From: Centroscyllium fabricii
Lineage: Eukaryota
Direction of reading: 5' to 3'
Assembly: GCA_051313645.2 (NCBI GenBank)
Contig: JBNRSN020000024.1
Coordinates: 59,892,001-59,956,000, forward strand
DNA length: 64,000 nucleotides
This document shows, in pieces, positions 1 through 11,367 of this stretch; the stretch's first letter is position 1, and every line of letters begins with the position of its first letter. Below the pieces are notes generated by a model. That model saw only the letters and a program-made list of their open reading frames with translations. It made no database searches and was not told the DNA's origin. A program made the position numbers and the translations under genes.

Positions 1-478
1 TAAAACTACTACAAATGCATTCTCCATGAAGCTGTGCTGAGCCTGGTGTTAAAAAAGCATTGTCCCTCTAAATTTAAAGCTAAGGCATAATTTTGGAAGC
101 GGGCCATGGAGTTCTGTGCAATATCTGACCACGGGGGTGCTTGAAGCTAATCCCGGATCTTAAATGTAACATTTATCCCCTTAACGTTCCAGATAATGGA
201 AAAAACCCCAACATTTTTTACAAAGAAAGTTATATAAAAATTTTAAATCAGTTGGCATTGTGATTGAAGCTCAAGATTTCCTATTGAACTTACTGTTGAA
301 GGATCAATCTTCTGAATTTCCTGTGGTTGGTTGTGTATATAGTACAGCTATATCTTTTACACACAATAGAAATGTTGTTAAGAAGAATTAACAAGTTTGA
401 GGGGCTCATGTGCCTCTTCTGTCAATAAGATTGAGACCATCCATTCATATGCATCTGCTGCCTACCCATCTCGCTTCC

Positions 479-640
479 CAATGTTCCCCCTAAGGTGCGC
501 GGCCAGTAATCCCAAAGGTCCCGGGCAGGCCGCTCACCGGTTTTACATTGTGAATACCGCGCATGCGCAGAAATTTAAATCGACCGCGCTTTAAAAGGAA
601 CAGGCCGCGCAGAGTAAAGCACAGCTTACGTTGAACACTG
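479..640. mobile_element. hAT-like MITE
   Basis: Imperfect TIR CAATGTTCCCCCTAAG / CTTACGTTGAACACTG; flanks TCGCTTCC and ACCCTTCC match 6/8 (putative TSD). Confidence 0.55.
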
Positions 641-1254
641 ACCCTTCCCCTTGTCCACCAAGCCAAACCTCACCCCAGACTCTTTCCTGTCCTGTGAACC
701 AGTGACTTTCTCCAGTTTCTCTCCGATCTCCCCTTTTGCCCGCTCCAAGCTCATCTGCTCCCCTGACTCCATTCCCACTAAACCGCTGACCACCCAACTT
801 CCCGTCCTGGCCCCGATGCTAGATGACACTGAAAATGGTTCCCTTTCCTCAGGGATTGTCCCCCTTCCTTTCAAAATCCACCCTCGATTCCTCTGTCCTT
901 GTAAACTATCACCCCATCTCTAACCTCCCGTTTATCTACACAGCTGTTGCACACATTGTTGCTTCTCAAATCCATGCCCATTCTTTCCCGCAACTCCATG
1001 TTTGAATCTCTCTAATCCGGTTTCCGCTCCTGCCCCTGCCTCAAACTGGCCCTAAAATCACAAAAGACATCCTCTGCAACTGTGGTGTATTTCTCCTCCT
1101 CATTCTCCAATGCCTCCGGCTCGCAACTGCTCTTGCTTGGCTCCACGCTTTGCCATCCGTTCTTACGTGGAGCACCTCCAGCAAAGCATTCTCTTGTGGC
1201 AGGTCCACCATCTGTTGTATATAATTCAGTTGTACCTAATTCCCTTTAACATAG

Positions 1255-4070
1255 AAGATGAAGATAGGAGCAGGAGTAGGCCATTCGGCCCTTCGAGCCC
1301 GCTCCGCCATTTAATGAGTTCATGGCTGATCTTTCAAGTTCAGTACCCTGTCCCCGCCTTCTCTCCGTAACCCTTAATCCCTTTAGCCTGAAGAAATGTA
1401 TCCAATTCCCTCTTAAATATATTTAATGAACTGGCCTCCACTGCCCTCTGTGGCAAGGAATTCCACAGGCTCACCACTCTCTGGGTGAAGAAATTCTTCC
1501 TCATATCTGTCCTAAATGGTTTACCCCTTATCCTTAGACTGTGGCCCCTGGTTCTGGACTCCCCCACCATTGGAAACATTCTTTCTGAATTTAACCTGTC
1601 CAGGCCTGTCAGAATTTTATATGTTTCTATGAGATCTCCTCTCAATCTTCTAAACTCCAGCGAGTACAAGCCCAAACTACACAATCTCTCCTCGTAGGTC
1701 ATTCCTGCCATTCCAGGTATCATCCTGGTGAATCGCCGCTGCACTCCTTCCATGGCAAGAACATCCTTCCTCAGATGAGGCGACCAAAACTGTACACAAT
1801 ACTCAAGGTGTGGTCTCACCAGTGCCTTGTACAGCTGTAGTAAGGTATCCTTATTCCTATACTCGAACCCTCTTGATATGAAGGCCAACATACCATTTGC
1901 CTTCTTAACCGCCTGTTGCACCTGCATGCTCGCCCTCAGTGACTGGTGCACAAGAACACCCAGGTCTCTCTGCACTTCCCCATCTCCCAATCTATTGCCA
2001 TTTAAATAATAATCTGCCCTCCTGTTTTTGCCCCCAAAGTGGATAACCTCACATTTATCCACATTATAGTGCATTTGCCATGTATCCGCCCATTCCCCCA
2101 ACTTGTCCAAATCGCACTGGAGCTTCCTGACATCCTCTTCAGAGCCCACCCCCCCTCCTAGTTTAGTGTTGTCTGCAAATTTGGAGATGTTGCATACAAT
2201 TCCCTGGTCCAGATCATTAATATATATTGTGAACAGCTGGGGTCCCAGGACAGATCCCTGCGGCACCCCACTAGTCACCACCTGCCACTCAGAAAACGAG
2301 CCGTTTATTCCAACTCTCTGTTTTTTATCAGCCAGCCAGTTCTCTATCCACGTCAGTACTTTGCCCCCAATCCCATGAGCCTTGATTTTGCATGCTAATC
2401 TTTTATGTGGGACCTTATCGAAGGCTTTCTGGAAGTCAAGGTACACCACATCTACTGGCTCTCCCCCATCTATTTTATCAGTTACTTCCTCAAAGAATTC
2501 CAATAGATTAGTCAAGCACGATTTACCTTTTGTAAATCCATGTTGACTCTGTCCGATCCCGTCCCTATTTGTCAAGTGCTCCGCTATTACATCCTTAATA
2601 ATGGACTCTAGCATTTTGCCTACTACTGATGTAAGGCTTACTGGTCTATAATTCCCTGCTGATTCTCTACCCCCCTTTTTAAACAGTGGGGTAACATTTG
2701 CTACCCTCCAATCCATGGGTACTGTTCCCGAGTCTATCGAGCTCCTGAAAATGATCATTAAGGCATCTACTATCTCCAGGGCCACCTCCTTAAGTAGCCT
2801 AGGATGTAGATTATCAGGGCCTGGGGATTTGTCGGCCTTCAATCCCTTCAACTTCCCCAACACCATATCCTTAGAAATACTGATTTCTGTCAGATCCTCC
2901 CTTGCATTAGTCCCCATGTTTCCCGATATCCCAGGGAGGTTATTTGTGTCCTCCTTTGTGAAGACAGAACCAAAATATGAATTTAATTGGTCTGCCATTT
3001 CCTTATTCCCCATTATATATTCCCCTGAATTGGACCGCAACGGACCGACTTGGGATTTTACCAATCTTTTCCTCCTGATATACCTATAAAAGCCTTTGCA
3101 GTCGGTTTTTAATGTTTGCCACAAGCTTACTTTCGTAATCTATTTTCCCCCTCCTGATTAATCCCTTTGTCCTCCTTTGCTGTATCCTGAACTGCTCCCA
3201 ATCTTCAGGTCTGGTGCTTTTTTTGGCCAATTGATATGTATTTTTGGGGGATTTTATGTTATCCCTAATTTCCCTTGTTATCCACGGCTGAGTCACCTTT
3301 TTAGGTTTATTTTTATGCCAAACCGGTATAAACAAGTTCTGTAATTCTTCCATTTTATCTTTGAATGCTTGCCATTGTCTATCCACCATTAGTCCCCCCA
3401 TAAACTCCGCCCAATCAATCTTACTTAATTCCCTTCTCATACCATCATAATTCCCTTTATTTAAATTGAGGACCTTAGTCTCGGAGTCAATTTTTTCACT
3501 CTCCATCTCAAGTGAGAATTCGATCATATTATGATCGCTCCGACCCAAGGGGCCTCGTACAACAAGATTGCCAATTAGTCCCTTCTCATTGCACAATACC
3601 CAGTCTAAGATGGCCTGATCCCGAGTTGGTTCCTCGACACATTGGTCCAGGTAACCGTCCCGTAAACATTCTAGGAATTCCTCCTCCTCGGTATTTTTAC
3701 AAATTTGGCTAGTCCAATCTATATGTAAATTAAAGTCACCTATGATGACAGCGGTGCCCTTATTGCACGCTTCTCTAATTTCCCTTTTTATGCCTTCCCC
3801 CACCTCCATATTACTGTTTGGAGGCCTATATACCACTCCCACTAAAGTTTTCCGCCCCTTACTATTTCTCAGTTCTACCCATATAGATTCCGTATCATCC
3901 GAGTTAATATCCTTCCTTTCAATTGCGTTAATCCCTTCTTTCACCAGCAATGCTACCCCACCTCCCTTTCTTTTTTGCCGATCCTTCCTAAATATTGTAT
4001 ACCCCTGGATGTTAAGTTCCCAGCCTTGCACCCCCTGCAGCCATGTTTCTGTAATCCCAATCAAATCATA
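1255..4070 (-). mobile_element. CR1 LINE (HER1-like), 5'-truncated ORF2 (APE 3084-4064, RT 1340-3124), inserted in the gypsy 5' LTR
   Basis: GITETW/GDFN/SDH endonuclease motifs; RT motifs YRPVSLTS, LDFQKAFD, GVPQGSVLGP; FADD mutated to FADN; one frameshift near 3100; CR1 3' UTR and CTATG tail. Confidence 0.95.
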
Positions 4071-4263
4071 TTAACAGAGTTCTAACACCAGCCGGACATT
4101 CAACCATGGTGTTAGGCATCAATGTACTGTTAATGTATCTTTTGTATGTACGGGGCGTGTCCCCTTTAAGAGTGCGGGATGACAGCTTTGAGTAAAGACC
4201 TATTTTGAATCGCTCCTCTGTGTAGACTTCATTTCTTGGTTAGGAATCTGCCGATTTCTACAT

Positions 4264-4275
4264 TGGTGACCCCGA
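4264..4275 (+). promoter_or_regulatory. Primer-binding site complementary to the 3' end of tRNA-Trp
   Basis: TGGTGACCCCGA one base after the 5' LTR end (CA at 4261-4262). Confidence 0.85.
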
Positions 4276-4276
4276 G

Positions 4277-4919
4277 TTGGTGAATGTTTTCACCGACTAT
4301 TCCAAGAAGATGGTAGTAAATGCTGTGTCCCTGAAACTGCCGCAATTTTGGGAGCAGCAGGCGCCCACGTGGTTCGTGCAAGTCGAGGCCCAGTACGCCC
4401 TGCGAGACATCGTGGCGGATCAGACCAAATTTCTTTACGTGGTCTTCGCCCTCAACAGCCTCCCGGGTCATCAGATTCCTGGAAAGTCCCCCTGAGGATG
4501 GCAAGTATAAAGCTCTGAAAACACGATTACTCCTGGTCTTCGGCCTCTCCTAAGCTGAGCGTGCCCGTTGACTGCTCTCGATGCCCGGCCTCGGGGGCTC
4601 CAAGCCCTTGGAGTTAATGAACCAAATGCTTACGCTCCTGGGCTCCGAACCAGAATGCTTTCTGTTCCGAGAATTATTCCTTAGCCAGCTACCCGAACAG
4701 GTGCAAGCTGCCCTGGCTGGCTCCTCGATCACCGACTGCGCCGACCTCACGGCTGAGGCCAATAAAATTTTTGCGGTCACTCGACACTGCTGCACCGCCA
4801 TGAGGTACTCCACCCCCACGGACAACGCCCCCGCTCGTCAAGCTGCGGGCCTCTGCTTTTATCACGCGCAGTTCGGCGCGAAGGCGAGGCGCTGCCGCCC
4901 TCCCTGCACGTTCTCCTAA
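4277..4919 (+). pseudogene. gag, disrupted
   Basis: KLPQFW...PTWFVQVEAQY N-terminus and CHCC knuckle CFYHAQFGAKARRCRPPC; frameshifts and stops. Confidence 0.85.
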
Positions 4920-4929
4920 AAAAAAAAAC

Positions 4930-7830
4930 GCTCAACTGACGCCACGGCCATAGCAGACTGGATTTAGCAAGCCACCCACAACAGCAGGAAAGCTACTTTT
5001 TATAACAGACTCCCTTTCGGGCTGACGGTGTCTGTGCGACACCGGTGCGCAGTGCAGCATTCTGCCCGCGTCCGCCCTCGATGTCCAGGCTGGGCACCGC
5101 GGAGCCACCCTCGAAGCGGCCAATGGCAGTACGATCCAGACCTTTGGCAGGCGGCGATTTGAAGTGTGTTTCGATGGCCAGCGCTTCCACTGAGATTTCG
5201 TCACGGCTAAGGTCTCCCAGCCCCTCCTCGGTGCAGATTTTCTATGCGCCAACAGCCGACTGGTTGACGTCCGGAATCGGTGGTTGATCAACGTGGCAAC
5301 ATTTAATTCACTACTGCGTTACCGTAGTAACACGACGGCACGCATGGTCTCCTGTGCGTTTCCAACTCCCGACGAATTTGCTCGCTTCCTGGGTGAATTC
5401 CCCGGCCTTACACAGCTCACCTTCCTCTCCTCATCCGCCAAACATGGAGTGGAGCACGACATCTCCACCAACGGCCCCCGGTCTACGCGCAGGCTCGGCA
5501 CCTCGAACCCGGCAAGATGGCGGTCACGAAGGCGGAGTTTGCAACGATGGAGCAGCTGGGGATTATTCGCCGGTCGAATAGTCCCTGGTCCTCGCCGCTC
5601 CACATCGTCCCGAAACCTGGCGGCAGCTGGTGGCCCTGTGGCAACTACCATCGTCTGAACGATGCCACCACACCGGATCGTTACCCGATCCCCCATATCC
5701 AGGATTTCTCTGTCCATTTGGCAGGTAATACCATCTTTTCCAAGGTCGACCTCGTCTGGGGCTACCACCAGGTTCCAGTGCACCCACAAGATGTCCAGAA
5801 GACTGCAGTCATCACCCTGTTCGGCCTCTTTGAGTTCCTTAGAATGCCGTTCGGCTTGAAGAATGCTGCCCAGGCTTTCCAGCGCCTGATGGACTCCGTG
5901 CTGCGGGACCTCAAGTTCCTCTTCGTCTATTTAGATGACATCCTAGTGGCCAGTCCGAACAAGGAAGAGCAGCTTAGTCACCTGTGCACCCTGTTTCAGC
6001 GCCTCAGCCAACATGGACTCATCATCAACTTAGCCAAGTGCCAGTTTGGCTTGAGCCAAATTGACTTCCTGGGGCATCGCATTACAGCAGAAAGAGCGGT
6101 GCCTTTACCAGCTAAAGTACAGGCGGTGACAGCCTTCCTACGCCCACAAAGCGTCAAGGCCATGCAGGAATTTCTGGGCATGGTGAATTTTTATCACCGG
6201 TTCGTTCCTAAGGCAGCACTTCTCATGCGGCCCCTGTATGAGGCACTCAAGGGCAAGACTGGTAACAACCCGGTCAACTGGATGGAGGAGATGAACCTAG
6301 CGTTTGATGAAACAAAACTCGCCTTGGCCAATGCTTACAGCATCTTTGACTGAGAATTGCTCGCCCTTTTCCTGGCTGTTCGACATTTTCGGTTTCTCTT
6401 GCAGGGTCATCCCTTTACAGCCTTTGTCGACCACAAACCACTCACTTTTGCTATGTCCAAGACTACCGAACCATGGTCAGCGCGCCAACAGCAACAGCTG
6501 ACTTACATTTCAGAGTTTACTACTGATATTCAGCACATGGCTGGTAAGGACAACCTGGTGGCAGACTGCCTCTCCCACGCAGCCATCCACACTGTACATT
6601 TGGGTATCGATTATGCCACTTACACCCTTCACGGTCCCAGAGCGTCGGTTCGACCATGTCCATGTGGATTTGGTAGGTCCTCTTCCGCCATCCCAGGGTT
6701 TCTCACATATCCTTACAATGGTCGACCGCACCACCAGATGGCCAAAGGCATTCCCACTTGCCTCCACCACTTCGGCAGACGTGGCCAGAGCTTTCATCTC
6801 CACGTGGGTCGCCCGTTTCGGGGTTCCATCTGACATCTCCTCGGACAGAGGCCCACAGTTCACTTCAGAGCTCTGGAACGCGGTGGTCCAGGGGCTCAGC
6901 TCCAAACTACACTGAACCACAGCCTACCACCCGCAAGCAAACGGCTGTGGTAAACCACTCTTTATGTATATATCTGTATATTACTGTAACCTACTGTAAC
7001 CACCCTTAAACCATGTTGTATTATAGTTCTTTGTGTGTGATCACCTGGACATGCCTATGCTGGCCCCACCTGTGACTCCTCCCTCCCAGGACCAGGTACA
7101 TAAGTGGCCGTCTCCCTTCCCCCGGCCATTCCTGGGGACGGTCGACTAGCTGGTGCATGTCCACCTTTAGCTAATAAAAGCCGATTGTTTCACCTCTTAA
7201 TATCTCGTCTCCGAGGTCGTTAATTTGGTAACAACGGCTTCTGTGAGTGGTTCCATCGATCAATGAAGGCCACGCTGAGGGCCAGTCTCCAGGACGCAGG
7301 TTGGGTGGACAAGCTGCCGTGGGTCCTGTTAGGTCTTCGCACAGCCTCTAAGGAGGATCTTCACTCTTCCTCAGCAGAATTGGTGTACAGCCAGCCACTG
7401 AGAGTGCCGGGTGAATTTATACCAACCACTACCGAGCCGTGGTCCAATTCTGCTCAGCTAGCCCAACATCAGGAGGCTGCCAGATGTTTTCGTCCAGTTC
7501 CTACCTCACATCACGGGCTTCAGCGCTCCCACATCTCCAAGGAGCTTCACGACGCTGAATACGTCTCCATTCGGTATGATGCCCACAGGGATCCTCTCAA
7601 GGCCCCATATACCGGCCCTTTCCACGTGTTGGAGACGGGTAACAAATCCTTCACTATCGATGTTGGAGGCAAAGCTGACCACATCTGTCGACCGCCTCAA
7701 GCCGGCTCATCTGGACTCTGACTCCCCTATTCAGACAGCGCAGCCGCTGAGGCGAGGTAGACCATCTGTCGTCGTGCCTACCGACCCGCCACAACCGCCC
7801 GCCAGCCACACCGCAGCCGTCGCCTTCTGA
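4930..7830 (+). pseudogene. pol (protease-RT-RNase H-integrase), disrupted
   Basis: DTGA at 5038-5049; RT with YLDD (5517-6353); RNase H remnant DHKPL...N.VAD.LS; integrase HVDLVGPLP...SDRGPQF...YHPQANG; internal deletions near 6335 and 6620. Confidence 0.9.
6946..7233 (+). mobile_element. Solo LTR of an unrelated LTR element, nested in the gypsy integrase
   Basis: TGT...ACA termini, 5-bp TSD ACGGC (6941-6945 and 7234-7238), AATAAA near 7173; integrase frame resumes after it. Confidence 0.88.
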
Positions 7831-7895
7831 ATATCGAAGCTCGTCAGACCTCAACGTTTGACTCTGTCCGTTAAAGAGAATTCTGGGGGGGCGCA

Positions 7896-8176
7896 TGTGG
7901 CAGGTCCACTGTCTGTTGTATATAATTCTGATGTACATAATTCCCTTTAACATAGTCCTAACACCAGCCGGACATTCAACCATGGTGTTAGGCATCAATG
8001 TAGTGTTAATGTATCTTTTGTATGTACGGGGCGTGTTCCCTTTAAGAGCACAGGAAAACGTTGGGTGTGGGACTGCACAGCCAGTCCCTTCGACGACAGC
8101 TTTGAGTAAAGACCTATTTTGAATCGCTCCTCTGTGTAGACTTCATTTTTTGGTTAGAAATCTGCCAATTTCTACA
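7896..8176 (+). repeat. 3' LTR of the gypsy element (281 bp)
   Basis: Aligns to 1195-1254 plus 4071-4262 with roughly 15 substitutions and an indel of about 38 bp (counted by eye). Confidence 0.92.
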
Positions 8177-8190
8177 CTCTTCTCACCCTT

Positions 8191-8495
8191 GAGAAGGATG
8201 TTCCCGATGGCGGGGGAGTCCAGAGCCAGGGGTCACAGTCTAAGGATAAGGGGTAAGCCATTTAGGACTGAGATGAGGAGGAATTTCTTCACCCAGAGAG
8301 TGGTAAACCTGTGGAATTCTCTACCACAGAAGGCCAATTCATTAAATATATTTAAGAAGGAGTTAGATATATTTCTTAAGGCTAAAGCGATATGGGGAGA
8401 AAGCAGGGACCGGGTACTGAATTTGGATGATCAGCCATGATCTCATTAAATGGCGGAACAGGCTAGAGGGGCCGAATGGCCTACTCCTATGTTTC
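8191..8495 (+). mobile_element. CR1 3' fragment
   Basis: RMFPMAGESRARGHSL...FFTQRVVNLWNSLP and CTATG tail. Confidence 0.9.
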
Positions 8496-8499
8496 TAAC

Positions 8500-10050
8500 C
8501 GTTACTTCTGTAGCCCCCCCAAGGATCTATTCTTATTGGCACCCTCCTCTTCATCTTTATATTGTTCTGTGATATCGTCCTGACATGTCCACTGCCTGTG
8601 TTGTCAGACTGCTTGTCTGACCTCCAGTTTAACATTGGGAAGATTGAAGCCATTGTCCTTGGCCCTCGCAACAAACTCTGCACCCTTGCCACCGATTCCA
8701 TTGCACCGATTCTGGCCACTGCCCCTCAGGCTGAAAATCAAACTATTCGCAACTTCAGTCTCCGACTTGACCCCAAACTGAGCTTCTGACCCCCTATCCT
8801 CTCATCACGAATAGCTCCTGCTTCTACCTCCATAACATCGGCTGTTTCTGCACCAACCTCAGCCCATCTGCTGACAAAACCCTTGTCCATAACTTTAGAA
8901 CCTCCAGCCTTGACTGTTCTAATGCTCTTCTGGGCAGTCTTTAATCTTGCACTCTCTGTAACCTTCAGTTCATCCTAAATGCTGCTGTCCGTATCCTATC
9001 CCACACTGAGTCCCGTTCACCAATCACCCCTGTTCTCGCTGCTCCTGGTCTCTCAAATACCTCAATTTTAAAATTTGCATTCTCATCTTTGAATCTCACA
9101 TCTCCCTATCAGTGTACCCTCCTAACATTCTGTATCACAGGCGTCTGGTGCATTATCCCTCCGGCCCCCCACCACCACCCCACCCACCCACCGTCTCACT
9201 ATTGACATCCATACCTTCGGCTGCCTAGGCCCCATGCTTTTGGAATTCCTACCCTGACCTCAGGTTCTCCCCCTTTGCGATCCTTCTTAAACCCACCTCT
9301 TTGACCAAGCTTTTAGTCAGCCATCCCAATATCGCCTCCTTTGGATGCCCCCAGGCCTTCGGACATCGCAACGAGAAACAACGCTAGAGGCAGCGTCGGA
9401 GCAAAGTTAACGGAGCGGTAGAGGACAAAAACATCGAAATGAGTAGCCGGAGCAGGAATGGGACCCATGATGTTGGCGCCGGAGAATGGCTGAGGTCTTG
9501 CGGGCTCCGTGCGTGCCGGGCAGCTTAATGTCCTTGTTGCGCGGTGCGTTCGGATCGCAATAAGCATTTCACTGTCTAGACTGTATTTAGTACAAGTGAC
9601 AATGAACTTGAACATATCCTAATTTATACCAAATTCTGTTCATCCATCACCCCTGTGCGTACTGACCTTTATTGGGCCTGGTCCACTAAAGGCCCGATTT
9701 TCTCATCCTCATGTTCAACACCCTCCGTGTCCTCGCACTTCCCTATCTCTGTAACCTCCTCCAGTCCTACAACCCTCTGAGAACTCTGCATTAATCCAAC
9801 TCTGGCCTCTTGTACATCCCCACTTCCTTCGACCCACCATTGGCGGCCGCCATCTAGGCCCCAGGTTCTGGAATTCCCTCCCTAAACCTCTCAACGTCTC
9901 CTCCTTGAAGGCATGCATTAAAACCTATCTCTTTGACCAAGCTTTTAACCACCCGTTCGAATATATCCTTCTGTGGCTCAGTGTCAACGTTTGTCTGAAC
10001 ATGCTCCTGTGAAGCGCGTTGGGACATTATACTACGTTCAAGGCGCTGGC
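8500..10050 (+). mobile_element. Old L2-like LINE remnants (probably continuing 650-1190)
   Basis: Pyrimidine-rich degenerate RT C-terminus (LQFNIGKIEAIVLG) and L2-type 3' end TGTGAAGCGC...TGGGAC. Confidence 0.55.
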
Positions 10051-11013
10051 ATCCTACTACTCTCTTTTACTTTGATACGAAGCTTATTCTGTAAATTCAC
10101 TCGGAGGTCCACTGATGAAAACATTTATTTGTTTTCAAATTAGTCTTTTGGCAGAAATGATCAAAATAAGCTGATAATAAAGTGGCCTAATTAATGGATC
10201 ATGTGCACCTCAAGGTTTTCTCTGCTATGTATTGTTTTCATTTCTGTGAGCTGCAGCCATTTCCAAGTATTATTTAACATAAAGCCAGTGTGACAACCTC
10301 GGTACAAAATGGTTTGTAATTTGCTTTTTGATGCTATCAAACTGACTGTGAAGGCCAACAATCAGGAACAATAAAGCAGCTTTATGGCTCTGCCCAGTAT
10401 CAACATAAATGCGGTAATTAATTTAATTAAATCCACAGAAAACAAATCAGACTGGGAAAACATCCAGACTTGAGGATTAATCTGTTTGGAAGAAAGTGCA
10501 AGTGTTGTGGTTGACAAGCAGTGTAAAAAAAACAATAAACAAACTAAGTCCACCAAGGCAGGGGGGGGGGGGGGGTAGAAAATGTTTTTTTTAATGTAAT
10601 TTTTTTTTGTCAGCCTGAACAGGGTTCTGTTCATTTGCAATGATTGGTTTGTAATTGTAATTAACTGTCTGTCTACAGGGGATACAGTGAAATCAGCCAC
10701 ATTTGGGAACTAAACAGGTGGGCTTTCAATGAAGATTCGAGTTTGAATTCTTTGATGATTAAAGAAACCCACTCCACACAGTGCAGAAACAGGGCAGATT
10801 GTCCAGTCCTGGCTCTGAATTGGTGGGACCAAAGCCTTGGCAAGCTTCCCATTTTCACAAATCAGGAATGGTAGACCTCGCTGGATCTTTCCAGGGTTGG
10901 TCCTCATTCATTATTGACAGGGAGCTCCCATCCTGGCACGGAGAGTTTGTCAAAGAGGGTTACAGTGCTCCATCAGCCCTTAATAGGCTGCATGCCACTT
11001 AAAAAACTAAATA

Positions 11014-11367
11014 CATGAAACTCTTTATTATCTGGCACTTAAATATCCAGAATTCTCTATTAACCGGCAAAATGCTCACCCGAAAACAACACCTCAATAA
11101 CCAGCAATATTGCCGAGTCCCAGTCTCATGTGGTGGCCAAGTTAATCAGTGGGGGGTAGTTCTCCAAACTGCCACAATCCACATCCATTTAACACAACAT
11201 TCTGCAGGCGAGTACCCAATCTCTTTACCCAATCACTCAAGTATGCTGCACATTTCTTGATTTAAAATTTTTTTGTTAACAAAAGCCTCAGTAGATAACC
11301 CTCACCGCTTTCCGGAAATTTTGATAAACCGGCAACACGCCGGTCCCGGATAATAAAGAGTTTCCTG
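11014..11367. mobile_element. Tc1/mariner (pogo-like) MITE, family B
   Basis: TIR CA(T/G)GAAACTCTTTATTATC / GATAATAAAGAGTTTCCTG with TA on the left; interior shared with 24045-24519. Confidence 0.75.

Larger units (their letters stand above)
1195..8176 (+). mobile_element. Decayed Ty3/gypsy LTR retrotransposon, CsRn1-like clade
   Basis: Paired TG...CA LTRs (1195-4262 interrupted; 7896-8176), 4-bp TSD CTCT (1191-1194 and 8177-8180), PBS TGGTGACCCCGA, G-rich PPT near 7885, order gag-PR-RT-RH-IN. Confidence 0.93.

Noticed and set aside
1340-3124. Functional or domesticated reverse transcriptase gene
   Set aside because: 5'-truncated CR1 with a frameshift and a catalytic D-to-N change
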